DNA of 64,000 nt. Source: Calditrichia bacterium (GTDB taxonomy: Bacteria > Calditrichota > Calditrichia > RBG-13-44-9 > J075). The first letter of the stretch is position 1, and each line of letters opens with the position of its first letter. The DNA lies in NCBI GenBank assembly GCA_050633245.1, contig JBOEGD010000001.1:343190-407189 (forward strand). The letters run 5' to 3'. The position numbers and the translations under genes are program-made. The notes below the pieces were generated by a model. That model searched no databases. It worked only from the letters and a program-made list of their open reading frames with translations, and had not been told where the DNA came from. Below, one piece after another: positions 27,544 through 37,553 of the stretch.

Positions 27544-28017
27544 ATGGCATCAGGCGCCAGATTATTCGGACATCCCATTCATCCACCATTAACCCACTTT
27601 CCCGTAGCGCTCTGGTCGATATCTTTAGTGTGGGATATACTTGCGCTTTGGCTTGGTGAAGCGATCTTTTGGCATATAAGCTTCTGGAGTATCGCTGCCG
27701 GTTTGCTATTTGCATTACCGGCCAGCATTACCGGTCTCATTGAATTCATGAATGTTCCTGTAGAGCGGAAAGCGGCTCAACAAACCGCAACCTGGCATAT
27801 GATGGCCGTTATGCTTGCCGCGTCGGTTTATGCTGCAAGTTTATTTCTACGAGGATCGGTGATTATTCCCCCCCCTGAAATGATGTTCCTGATATTGGCC
27901 GTGTCCCTCTTTGGATTTCTTGCTCTTCAGGTAGGTGGTTGGTTGGGTGGGCATTTGGTATATCACCATCGTATCGGCCTAAATAAATCAGAGGATAGTG
28001 ATGAGACTCCAGAATGA
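27544..28017 (+). CDS. DUF2231-family membrane protein
   Basis: GHPIHPPLTHFPVALW, A.ITGL.E, WHM and GGWLGGHLVY motifs. Confidence 0.85.
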   Translation: MASGARLFGHPIHPPLTHFPVALWSISLVWDILALWLGEAIFWHISFWSIAAGLLFALPASITGLIEFMNVPVERKAAQQTATWHMMAVMLAASVYAASLFLRGSVIIPPPEMMFLILAVSLFGFLALQVGGWLGGHLVYHHRIGLNKSEDSDETPE

Positions 28018-28076
28018 AGCTGTGTGTATTGAAATAAACGATTGTGAATTGAACTATTGTGCTTAAGGAATCTTGA

Positions 28077-28718
28077 ATGGCTACGACGAATGAATCAACT
28101 ATTGCACTTTATGCAGAGGCTAACCTCCCCACGATTTATGGTAATTTAAAAGTGTCCGTTTTTCGAGATACCAAAACAGCTAAAGAACATTTAGCGATTT
28201 TAAATGGAAAACCGCAGGGAAAAAATAATGTTCCGGTGCGCCTGCATTCAGAATGTTTGACCAGTGAAGTTTTAGGTTCGCTGAAGTGCGACTGCCGAGA
28301 TCAGCTACAGTTCGCTTTGAATTACATTTGCGAACGTGAATGTGGCATTGTATTATACCTCAGGCAGGAAGGCCGCGGTATAGGTCTTGGAAACAAGATA
28401 CGCGCATATGCACTTCAAGAAGCGGGCCTTGATACCGTTGATGCGAACGTGAAGCTTGGGTTTCCTGATGATCTGCGCAGCTATGATGTCGCAGCCGATA
28501 TGCTGGCTAAACTAGGTGTTAACTCGATCAAGCTATTGACCAACAATCCACATAAAGTTGCAGCTCTACAGCAGCTCGGGATCGAGGTTGCGGAGCGAAT
28601 TCCAACGACTATTGCGGCTAATCCGCTAAATGAAAACTATTTGCGCACCAAGGTAAACAAATCCGGACACCTGATTCAACTTGAAGAAATTGATCGTGTA
28701 TTAGACATGACCGGCTAA
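28077..28718 (+). CDS. ribA: GTP cyclohydrolase II
   Basis: VRLHSECLTSEVLGSLKCDC (Zn ligands), RQEGRGIGLGNK, DTVDAN, LTNNP.K and YL.TK...GH. Confidence 0.93.
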   Translation: MATTNESTIALYAEANLPTIYGNLKVSVFRDTKTAKEHLAILNGKPQGKNNVPVRLHSECLTSEVLGSLKCDCRDQLQFALNYICERECGIVLYLRQEGRGIGLGNKIRAYALQEAGLDTVDANVKLGFPDDLRSYDVAADMLAKLGVNSIKLLTNNPHKVAALQQLGIEVAERIPTTIAANPLNENYLRTKVNKSGHLIQLEEIDRVLDMTG

Positions 28719-28730
28719 ATAAGGATATAA

Positions 28731-29429
28731 ATGAGTCAATTGAATCTGCAGGAATTTCCCGAAATACGTCGCTCAATTCTTTCCTATCTTAAGCAAAACG
28801 GATCTGCAACTATCGCGCTGTTGTCTGAAGAAAATAACGTTAGTTATGAGGCCATTCGCCAGCAAATTGTTCAATTGAAAAAGGATGGCTGGATTATCTC
28901 ACGACTGGAACGTCCTGAGACGGTACGAAGTGGTCGGCCATTGAAGCTTTATTCTTTATCCACTGCCGGTGATCATCTCTTTGAGAAGCAATATGATGAA
29001 CTTGCAATGGAGTTGATTCGAACAACGGCTGATAATTTAGGTATGGAGGCATTAAAAAAATTGCTGGCGGCTCTAACCGAAACGCGCGTTCGTCAATGGG
29101 AACCGCGCTTGGAAGGTTTGTCGCTTGAAGAGCGATTAGCTGCCCTGCAGGAAATCTATCTTGAGGGCGATCCATATATGAAGGTTGAGAAAAAGGGTGG
29201 TGAGCTTTTTCTTGTGGAGCGGAACTGCCCCTTTTTAAACGTGGCACATAGCTACCCCATGATGTGCAGCGTAACAGTATCTACCTTAAGTCGGCTGCTG
29301 GGTGTGAGACTCAAGCGCGAAAAGAAATTCCAGAAAGGCGATGGATGCTGCACCTTTCGCGTTTTACAGAATCAGCCGGTCGATACAAAGACTTTTCGCT
29401 TTGAACTGGAAGATGCGACAGACGGTTAA
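28731..29429 (+). CDS. SufR-like wHTH transcriptional regulator with C-terminal Cys cluster
   Basis: IRQQIVQL...GRP...YSLSTAG..LF...YDEL and NCPF-containing C-X12-C-X26-CC. Confidence 0.8.
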   Translation: MSQLNLQEFPEIRRSILSYLKQNGSATIALLSEENNVSYEAIRQQIVQLKKDGWIISRLERPETVRSGRPLKLYSLSTAGDHLFEKQYDELAMELIRTTADNLGMEALKKLLAALTETRVRQWEPRLEGLSLEERLAALQEIYLEGDPYMKVEKKGGELFLVERNCPFLNVAHSYPMMCSVTVSTLSRLLGVRLKREKKFQKGDGCCTFRVLQNQPVDTKTFRFELEDATDG

Positions 29430-29804
29430 GAAGGTGTCGCATTCCCCCCAGAGGAATGCGTTTGAGTGGAAAGGTGCTTATTTCCCATGAGAAACCCCCG
29501 TTGATGGTTTCCTTTAATATTGGTTGATCTGTGCAAATGTCTGTATGAAATGTTAAAGAGGAGATTTGCTGAGGTCTGTGATTCATTCCGTGCAATTAAC
29601 TTGAGATTTATTCAATAGAGACGACTCCGTGAAGTGGGGTATTTATTGCTCTGAACTCTGGTAAATCTCACTTGAGTCAACTATGATCATTTTGTCTGTC
29701 GATGATAATTTTGGAGGATAGATATGATATTCTTCCATTACTATCTTCCTTAAGAAATAGCAAGGCGAGCCTACCTACTGAATTCGAATACAAAAACTAT
29801 GAGT

Positions 29805-30473
29805 TTATTCTATCTTTACTTTAGAGTTCTGAAGAATAAGTTTTTTCTCGAAATCAACCAGCCAATGGTCACCATATTCAGGCGCATAGCGTATACCGTT
29901 TTCTTCTTTAATCGGCCAGCCGAAAAAACCAGGATTGTCTGTTTCAAGGAATACCTCAAAAAGGAAAAGCGAGTCTGTCTCTTCGGTATGAAATGAGTGC
30001 TGCATGGCGAAGGCTCGTACGTCGCCTTCTGAGTCGGTTGACCTAAAGCCCCAGTAATACAGCTGCTCATTATACTCAATGGGTGAAGAAAGATAATCGT
30101 TAAACTTCGGTAGATGAGCTGCTACGGGTTGTTTTGTCTTAGCTTTAACGTCATAAATCAAATAGTCAACGGGATAACCGTAAACCGCCCCGGGCGAGAC
30201 GTCGTAACCTTTGCCGCAAATTATTTTCTGATAAATGACGTGACCACTTGATGTGAGGGTTATAACTGATATTACGTCAACTGTATCAACAAATACACCG
30301 TTTACCGATAACAAACCAAAAGTGCCGGATGAGCTATGGCTTTCATATTTCGCACTATCGGAGATAGCGATTTGAATCGTATTGTTCGATGTCTTATCTG
30401 ATGCCTCATTATTACTCTGCGCGGAAAGGTTAAAAATCAAACCAATCACAATCAGCATTGTTTTTAAGTTCAT
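29805..30473 (-). CDS. Secreted hypothetical protein
   Basis: Signal peptide MNLKTMLIVIGLIFNLSA, 222 aa. Confidence 0.6.
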   Translation of the reverse strand: MNLKTMLIVIGLIFNLSAQSNNEASDKTSNNTIQIAISDSAKYESHSSSGTFGLLSVNGVFVDTVDVISVITLTSSGHVIYQKIICGKGYDVSPGAVYGYPVDYLIYDVKAKTKQPVAAHLPKFNDYLSSPIEYNEQLYYWGFRSTDSEGDVRAFAMQHSFHTEETDSLFLFEVFLETDNPGFFGWPIKEENGIRYAPEYGDHWLVDFEKKLILQNSKVKIE

Positions 30474-30901
30474 TTTATACTCTCTATTTATAGCTTTCTA
30501 AAACTTTTTTTCGAATAATTCTTTTCAGATATTATAAACCCATCAGATAATTCTGAAATATTCTCTATTCTCATGCTATCACACTGGGCATTCCAACCGG
30601 TCTTCTCGTAATAAGCAATAAGCATTTCTGGTCTATATATCGTATTTTCCAACAATACGATATCACCCTCCACACAGTAGCTGCTCATCCGATTGCGCTT
30701 GTCTTGATTATGGCTCAGGGACCTGTTTAATGTAGAAAATCGGACCTTGACCTCAAAATGATACATATGTGCAAATGACTACAACATAGTTGAAAGAGAT
30801 TCGCTCCCCAGTCTGCTAGCTTTTAATAGTTGTTGAAACTGAATAAGCGAAAGTCAATTTATTCAAATCATAAAAGCAGATTATTTAAAAGGAGTATGAC
30901 C

Positions 30902-32026
30902 ATGCAGACAGTATTAAACCAAAAAGATGTTAGCTGGATCGAATTAACACATGAGCTTGGCAGAGAGTTCGCATCCCGTGAAGCAGCAACCGACCTCAGC
31001 GGAGAATTCGTAGAGCAAAATTATCTTCGCTTAAAAGAACATCGCTATTTTGCGGCACTGGTTCCAAAAGAACTGGGAGGCGAGGGGGTATCGCATAGAG
31101 AGATGGCAAGCATACTGCGAATCCTTGCGCATTACAGCCCATCCACGGCTCTGGCACTTTCCATGCATCAGCACCTCATTGCTGCAAATGTCTGGAAATA
31201 TCGCCTCGGTAAAGGCGGAGAGGCAGTGCTGCGTAAGGTTGCCGACAAGCAGGTCGTGCTGGTCAGCACCGGTGCAGGAGACTGGCTGTCATCGAATGGT
31301 GAGATGAAAAAAGTGGAAGGCGGCTATCGCCTCTCCGGTATGAAGCACTTTGCCAGCCAATCCGCTATTGCAGACATTATGGTAACCAGCGCTGTTTACG
31401 AAGATCCGGATAATGGCCCGCAGGTGCTGCACTTTCCGGTGCCGTTTAGTGCGGAAGGCGTGACGTTAATGAATAACTGGAATACCATGGGCATGCGCGG
31501 AACCGGCTCACACTCCATCAAATTGGAAGACGTGTTTGTGCCTGATGAGGTAATCGCCTTATCTCGTGCGCGGGGTGAGTTTCATCCGGTTTGGAATGTC
31601 GTTCTCACCGTGGCAATGCCGCTGATTATGGCGGTGTACGTGGGGATAGCCGAACGCGCAGCAGAGATCGCAGTGGAACGTGCTAAAAAGGTTAAAAAAT
31701 CCTATACCTTAAGTCAGCTTGGTGCTATGAACAATGAACTGGTAACCGCTCAGGTAATGCTGCAAGATATGCTGCGCCTTTGTAACGACTTCGATTTCCA
31801 GCCTGTGAATAGCCAGGGACATGAAATTCTGTCGCGCAAAACGGTGGTAGCAAGCTCTGCAATGAATACGGTTCAAAAAGCGGTAGAGATTTTCGGAGGG
31901 CAGAGTTACTTCCGTTCTTCGGAGCTTGAACAGCTTTTCCGTGACGTGCAGGCAGCGCAATATCATCCGCTACAGAAAAAAGAGCAGGAACTGTTTTGCG
32001 GGCAATACCTAATTGATAATTGCTAA
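30902..32026 (+). CDS. Acyl-CoA dehydrogenase-family flavoprotein (DszC/SfnC-like)
   Basis: VPKELGGEG, PSTALALSMH, LSGMKHFAS, WNTMGMRGTGSH and LEQLFRDV motifs. SD AAGGAG. Confidence 0.88.
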   Translation: MQTVLNQKDVSWIELTHELGREFASREAATDLSGEFVEQNYLRLKEHRYFAALVPKELGGEGVSHREMASILRILAHYSPSTALALSMHQHLIAANVWKYRLGKGGEAVLRKVADKQVVLVSTGAGDWLSSNGEMKKVEGGYRLSGMKHFASQSAIADIMVTSAVYEDPDNGPQVLHFPVPFSAEGVTLMNNWNTMGMRGTGSHSIKLEDVFVPDEVIALSRARGEFHPVWNVVLTVAMPLIMAVYVGIAERAAEIAVERAKKVKKSYTLSQLGAMNNELVTAQVMLQDMLRLCNDFDFQPVNSQGHEILSRKTVVASSAMNTVQKAVEIFGGQSYFRSSELEQLFRDVQAAQYHPLQKKEQELFCGQYLIDNC

Positions 32027-32248
32027 TCCCTGACTGTGGATTCGAAAGTGGAGTGTGTATGCCTTACGTTCGAATCCTGGTAAATAGTTCGTCTGATTTT
32101 GCAAAATATATTATTTTTGAGATAACTTGAGAGTTTGTGCTTTCAGGTGTGCTCTTTAGGTAGTCAAATTAAATCGCAGTATGGCAGGCTTCTCAAAGTC
32201 TACCTAAGTTTTCTGCCCTATTTAAAATGTTATATGAGGAATCTTAAA

Positions 32249-33928
32249 ATGAAGCAATCATCCGCAATTACCTGGATCATTGTCACCTTTATCGCTCTTA
32301 CCTGTGGCTATATGGTCTTCGCCACGCAAACCGCTTCAGAAGTTAAAACATCGGAGGTAGAGGCGTATTACGATATCGGCAACTTTGTTCAGCCGGTAAC
32401 CACTAAGTCAAAAACCGCGCAGCTTTGGTTCAATCGCGGATTGGCCATGTGCTATGCCTTTAATCATGAAGAAGCCGCGCGCTGCTTCGAGAAGGCTATC
32501 GAGGAAGATCCACAATTAGCGATGGCTTATTGGGGATGGTCTTATGCTCTTGGACCAAATATTAACAATTTGGAAATTCCGGCCGCAGACATTGCACGCG
32601 CCGACTCTCTGGTGAACATTGCAGCTCAGCTCGCTACAAAAGCTCCTGAATCAGAACAGCAGCTGATTGCAGCATTAGCAAAGCGCTATTCAAAAAATGC
32701 ACCTGACGATCGACAGCCGATGAACACCGCCTATTCCGATGCTATGCGTAATCTTCATCAAAACTCACCGGAAGATCCCTTTATTGCCGGTCTGTTCGCG
32801 GAATCTCTGATGATTTTGCGCCCCTGGAAGCACTGGTCAGCAGACGGGGAGCCGGCAGAGGAAACGCCTGAGATTGTGTCTCTACTCGAATCAGCTTTAG
32901 AAAAAAGCCCGGACTATGCGATGCTGTCGCACCTTTACATTCATGTGATGGAGGCATCACCAACCCCGGAGAAAGCACTGGAGGCCGCAAATAGCCTGCA
33001 AGGTGTGATGCCCGGTGTTGGGCACCTGGTTCATATGCCTTCACATATCTATGTACTGGTTGGGGATTATGAGAAGGTCATCAGCTCAAATCAAAAAGCA
33101 ATTGAAGCAGACAAACTTTATCTTGAGCGTGAGGGGGCCGAGAACTTTTACTCTCTCTACCGCATTCACAATTATCATTTCCTGGTTTATGGTGCCATGT
33201 TTGACGGCCAAAGCGAACTGGCGCTTAAAACGGCGCGTGAAATACCTAAGCAAGTACCAGAAACAATGCTGAAAGACTGGTCAGATTTTCTCGATGCCTT
33301 TATGCCGACGGCACTGCATGTGCTCATTCGCTTTGGACGCTGGGAAGATATACTTGCTGAACCTGAACCAGCTGATTATCTACCGGTTTCCCGCGCCATG
33401 CGTTACTATGCCCGTTCCGTTGCATATGCCGCAACTAATCGCGTTCCCGAAGCAGAAGCAGAGTATGAGGCATTTCAAAAAGAACGCGCCAGAGTGCCGG
33501 AAACCAGCATTCTCTTTAACAATACCTCGCTGAGTATTCTGGATGTTGCAGAAAAAATGGCTGCGGGCGAGATTGCCTATCGCAAGGGTGAGTTCGACAA
33601 GGCGTTTGCTTTGCTGCGCGAAGCCGTGCAGCGTGATGATGCGTTGAATTACGATGAGCCCTGGGGTTGGATGCAGCCGGCAAGACACGCTCTCGGCGCT
33701 CTGCTATTAGAGCAGAATAAGACCGAAGAAGCGGCTAAGGTGTACCGTAAGGATTTGAAAAAGCATCCTAAAAACGTATGGGCGTTGCAGGGCCTTGCAG
33801 AATGTCTTGAACGTCAGGGAAAGGATGAGGAATCTGCCAGGCTGAAAGAGCAGCTTGCTGAATCAGCGAAACGCGCTGATGTAAAGGTAGACCGATCGTG
33901 TTTTTGCCGAACAGATGTTGAAGAATAA
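32249..33928 (+). CDS. Exported TPR-repeat protein
   Basis: Signal peptide, FNHEEAAR.F, MAYWG...ALGPNIN, HLYIH, HLVHMPSHIY, YDEPWGW and helical repeats. Confidence 0.8.
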   Translation: MKQSSAITWIIVTFIALTCGYMVFATQTASEVKTSEVEAYYDIGNFVQPVTTKSKTAQLWFNRGLAMCYAFNHEEAARCFEKAIEEDPQLAMAYWGWSYALGPNINNLEIPAADIARADSLVNIAAQLATKAPESEQQLIAALAKRYSKNAPDDRQPMNTAYSDAMRNLHQNSPEDPFIAGLFAESLMILRPWKHWSADGEPAEETPEIVSLLESALEKSPDYAMLSHLYIHVMEASPTPEKALEAANSLQGVMPGVGHLVHMPSHIYVLVGDYEKVISSNQKAIEADKLYLEREGAENFYSLYRIHNYHFLVYGAMFDGQSELALKTAREIPKQVPETMLKDWSDFLDAFMPTALHVLIRFGRWEDILAEPEPADYLPVSRAMRYYARSVAYAATNRVPEAEAEYEAFQKERARVPETSILFNNTSLSILDVAEKMAAGEIAYRKGEFDKAFALLREAVQRDDALNYDEPWGWMQPARHALGALLLEQNKTEEAAKVYRKDLKKHPKNVWALQGLAECLERQGKDEESARLKEQLAESAKRADVKVDRSCFCRTDVEE

Positions 33929-33948
33929 TGATGAAGTATGACTGATGA

Positions 33949-33980
33949 TTTGGGAGCCTTCAATTCTGAGCTCCCGAATT
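33949..33980 (+). terminator. Probable terminator hairpin
   Basis: TTTGGGAGC...GCTCCCGAA after the TPR gene. Confidence 0.4.
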
Positions 33981-34732
33981 ATTTAAAAGATAACTCTACG
34001 TTTATTTTAAGAATTTCCCTCCGCGCTTTGGAATAGTTTTACGTAATTGCCTCCGTTATTAATTCAAATTATTGAAATCGAATGAGAACCATTTAAATGC
34101 ATTATCTGCCTGCCTATTGATGTCCGTCATATGGAAGCGCCGATGATTATCCTATCTTGCAGCCGTTACTGTAAATCAATGCACATTGTACATCTCTCAT
34201 GGCTGAAAATTGAAATTTTGCCAGTCAAACCGGACAAGCTGTTTTGCAATATTTCTTTCTCGATAGACGCTTGGTGAAGTTGAGGAAGTTTATTACTTTA
34301 TGCAGGAAAAAGAGACTACGTACGACAGTCGCTCGCTTTTAAAAAGTAAGATCGTTGCTGTCGTGTTTTTTTTAAGCTTCCATGCCTTTGCTGGGAGTGG
34401 CTTTTCATTCTGAAATATAGCCAGACAAACCCAAAAATATTCAAATGATTGCGTTGCTGACACAAGTTTTTATTTTCCTTACTCTTTTCAGAATTTGAAA
34501 ATAAATTGTGCAATCCATTTTCTCTCTGGCAAATATAATTACGCGTTAAACTTTAGCATCTGCTTTTCGACTATTTTAGGAGCGGCTTTACCACACTTTA
34601 CAGATTTTTTACTGTGAAAGAGATGCGATCCAATGAGGTCTATGAGATAAAAGCCGGAATCTCCTGATTTAGCAATACGTGAAACCTGAATTGTCACAGA
34701 ATATAACAGTTGAAAACACAAAGCGGGAAAAC

Positions 34733-35773
34733 ATGAACGAACCGTTGAAAATTGGCATTGTTGGTCTTGGTAAAATGGGCGGTATTCGCGCCAAAACCGT
34801 TCGCGAGAACGAAAATACGATCCTGGTCTCCGGAACGGATACGGATTTAAACCGCAAGGGTTTTGAGGATATCGAACTCCTGCCTGATTATCAGTCCGTC
34901 ATTCATTCTGGTGTAGATGCCGTAATTGTCTGCACGCCGAATCGCTACATTCCGGAGGTTAGCATTGCTGCTCTGGAAGCTGGTAAACATGTATTTGTGG
35001 AAAAACCACCCGGTAGGAATATGGAAGACATTACCCGGATTATAGAGGCGGAAAAACGCCATCCGGATCAGGTTGTAAAGGTTGGTTTTAATCACCGCTA
35101 TCACTATGGTATTATGGAAGCAAAAAAGATTATTGAAAGTGGCGTTTACGGTAAAATTCTATGGCTACGCGGTATTTACGGTAAGGCTGAGGGGTCTGGA
35201 AATCCCAACGAATGGCGCGATGATCCGGAGATATCCGGTGGCGGCATTCTGTTCGATCAGGGCATTCATATGCTGGATCTCTTCCGACATTTCTGCGGTG
35301 AGTTCAGCGAAATAAAAAGCATGATTACCACTGCCTATTGGGATACTGCTCTGGAGGATAACGCCTTTGCACTTCTGCGTGATGAACAGGGACGAATCGC
35401 CATGCTGCACAGCTCTTTTACGCAGTGGAAACACCGTTTTCTGATTGAAGTATTTCTGGAGGATGGCTATGTGATTGTCGACGGTATGCCTTCCTCAACT
35501 CGAAGTTATCGCGATGAATGGATTTATCATGCGAAAAAACATACCGGATACGCGATTGGAAATCCGCATGAAGAAGCGACTTTTTGCAACATCGATCCTT
35601 CATGGAAGCTTGAGTTGGAAGAGTTTGTCGACTGTATTTACAATGATCGTCCTGTTAAAAATGGTACCACTCGTGACGCTTATGAGACGATGAAGCTGGT
35701 CTTCGGAATATATTCTGCGGATGATAAGTTTCAGGCCGAGCAGAGTGAAAAGCTTAAGCAAAGAAAGGGGTAA
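34733..35773 (+). CDS. Gfo/Idh/MocA NAD(P) oxidoreductase
   Basis: GLGKMG, AGKHVFVEKP, GFNHRY and GGGILFDQGIHMLD. Confidence 0.92.
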   Translation: MNEPLKIGIVGLGKMGGIRAKTVRENENTILVSGTDTDLNRKGFEDIELLPDYQSVIHSGVDAVIVCTPNRYIPEVSIAALEAGKHVFVEKPPGRNMEDITRIIEAEKRHPDQVVKVGFNHRYHYGIMEAKKIIESGVYGKILWLRGIYGKAEGSGNPNEWRDDPEISGGGILFDQGIHMLDLFRHFCGEFSEIKSMITTAYWDTALEDNAFALLRDEQGRIAMLHSSFTQWKHRFLIEVFLEDGYVIVDGMPSSTRSYRDEWIYHAKKHTGYAIGNPHEEATFCNIDPSWKLELEEFVDCIYNDRPVKNGTTRDAYETMKLVFGIYSADDKFQAEQSEKLKQRKG

Positions 35774-35779
35774 CGGTTC

Positions 35780-36736
35780 ATGAAAAACGATACCCCAATT
35801 GGCGTTGCATCCCGATCCTTTTCAAAACACCCGATCTTGCGGGCGGAGCTGGAAGAACGTTACTCCAATGTAAAGTTTAATGATGAGGGGCTTGCATTAA
35901 AGGGAGAAACGTTCATTGACTTTGTCCGAGGTCGCCGTAAAATGATCACTGCTCTGGAAACAATTGATGAGGCCTTTCTATCGGCCGTGCCGGAGCTGGA
36001 AGTGATCAGCAAATATGGCGTTGGGACGGATATGTTGGATAAGCAGGCGATGATTAAGCATGGTGTGCGGCTTGGCTGGTGTGGCGGAGTCAACAAACGC
36101 TCGGTAACGGAGCTCGTAATTGCATTTATGACATCTTTGCTGCATCTGGTTCCGCAGCTCGATCGTGAGCTGCGCGCGGGAACCTGGAAAAACCGTAAGG
36201 GGCGCTGTCTGACTGGACGTACGGTGGGAATTATCGGCTGCGGGCATGTTGGCAAAGATCTTACCACTATTTTAAAAGCCTTTGGTTGTAAGGTGCTGGC
36301 ACACGACATTCTGGACTTTCCGGAATTCTATGCCGAGTATGATGTAGAAGCGGTTGATCTGGAAACTCTTTTGAAACGATCAGATGTCGTAACGCTGCAC
36401 GTTCCTCTGGACAAGAGCACGCGGCTGATGCTAAACGCCGATCGCCTGGCGCTGATGCGCGAAGATGCCATTCTGGTAAATGCCGCCCGTGGTGGCCTTG
36501 TCGATGAACAGGCACTGAAGCAGATGCTGAAGGACGGACGCCTGGCCGGTGCAGCTCTTGACGTATTCGATCCGGAACCACCGGTTGATCAGGAGCTGTT
36601 GTGTTTGCCGAATTTTCTGGCTACGCCTCATATCGGCGGGAGCTCGGAAGAGGCAATTCTGGCAATGGGACGGTCGGCAATTGCCGGTTTGGATGACAAT
36701 ACACTGCCCTCCGAAAACTATCCCCCCGCCGGTTAA
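35780..36736 (+). CDS. D-isomer-specific 2-hydroxyacid dehydrogenase (SerA-like, no ACT domain)
   Basis: ISKYGVGTD, GIIGCGHVG, LHVPL, NAARGGLVD, LDVF..EP and TPHIGG. Confidence 0.9.
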   Translation: MKNDTPIGVASRSFSKHPILRAELEERYSNVKFNDEGLALKGETFIDFVRGRRKMITALETIDEAFLSAVPELEVISKYGVGTDMLDKQAMIKHGVRLGWCGGVNKRSVTELVIAFMTSLLHLVPQLDRELRAGTWKNRKGRCLTGRTVGIIGCGHVGKDLTTILKAFGCKVLAHDILDFPEFYAEYDVEAVDLETLLKRSDVVTLHVPLDKSTRLMLNADRLALMREDAILVNAARGGLVDEQALKQMLKDGRLAGAALDVFDPEPPVDQELLCLPNFLATPHIGGSSEEAILAMGRSAIAGLDDNTLPSENYPPAG

Positions 36737-36770
36737 TAAAAAGCTATCGCGCTAACAAGGAGATAAATGA

Positions 36771-37454
36771 ATGGCGATTGAAGAACAACAGTATCCCGAT
36801 ATGCAGGCAGCTGCACATGCGCTTGCCGAGCTATTGGGTGCTGATCTGAAGAATGCAGTAGCAAAAAAAGGACAAGCGTCGCTGGCTGTCTCTGGCGGGA
36901 GAACACCAAAACTGGTTTTTGAAAAGCTGCGACAATTGGAGATTGATTGGTCCAAAGTGACAATTACGCTCATTGACGAGCGCTGGGTTGCCCCGGATCA
37001 TCCCGATAGCAATGAAGGTCTTACTCGCAACTATCTGATGCAAGGCGCGGCAAAAGAAGCTGTTTTCGTGCCGATGTATGGCGGGGAAGACACACCTATG
37101 AGCGGGCAGGAAAACTGTGAGAAGCGTCTGCAAGACATGTCTCTACCCTTTGATGCAGCTTACCTTGGAATGGGGCCGGATGGCCATTTTGCTTCCTTGT
37201 TCCCCGGAGATCCGGCAGTTCACGTTACCGAAGGACGGTGTGTAGGTGTTCCCGCAACAGGCGACCGTGTTGCCCGGATGTCCCTCACTGCACCGACGGT
37301 TATGAACAGTACGACGGTATATCTGCTGTTCTCAGGCGCAGATAAACACGAAAAATATGCCCAGGCAAAAACCGATGGTACGGTGGAAGAAATACCACTG
37401 CGGCTGGTGCTAAGGCAAAATGATACGAACGTGAAGGTATTGATGGCGCCCTGA
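36771..37454 (+). CDS. pgl: 6-phosphogluconolactonase
   Basis: VSGGRTP, DERWV...HPDSN, LGMGPDGHFASLFP and RMSLT. Confidence 0.9.
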   Translation: MAIEEQQYPDMQAAAHALAELLGADLKNAVAKKGQASLAVSGGRTPKLVFEKLRQLEIDWSKVTITLIDERWVAPDHPDSNEGLTRNYLMQGAAKEAVFVPMYGGEDTPMSGQENCEKRLQDMSLPFDAAYLGMGPDGHFASLFPGDPAVHVTEGRCVGVPATGDRVARMSLTAPTVMNSTTVYLLFSGADKHEKYAQAKTDGTVEEIPLRLVLRQNDTNVKVLMAP

Positions 37455-37553
37455 TGCCCATTGAAAACGCAATATTCTGATATATAAATGACTATCCTGT
37501 TTACATAATCTAATCCGGGACATTAAACCCCTGATTGCAAGTGAGGAGTAGCA

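Noticed and set aside
30488-30766. 92-aa minus-strand ORF upstream of the 29805 gene
   Set aside because: Possibly a gene remnant, but it has no motif, RBS or family support.
33990-34730. 740-bp intergenic gap with a weak hairpin near 34324-34364 and short ORFs
   Set aside because: I could not recognise a riboswitch consensus or credible coding signal.
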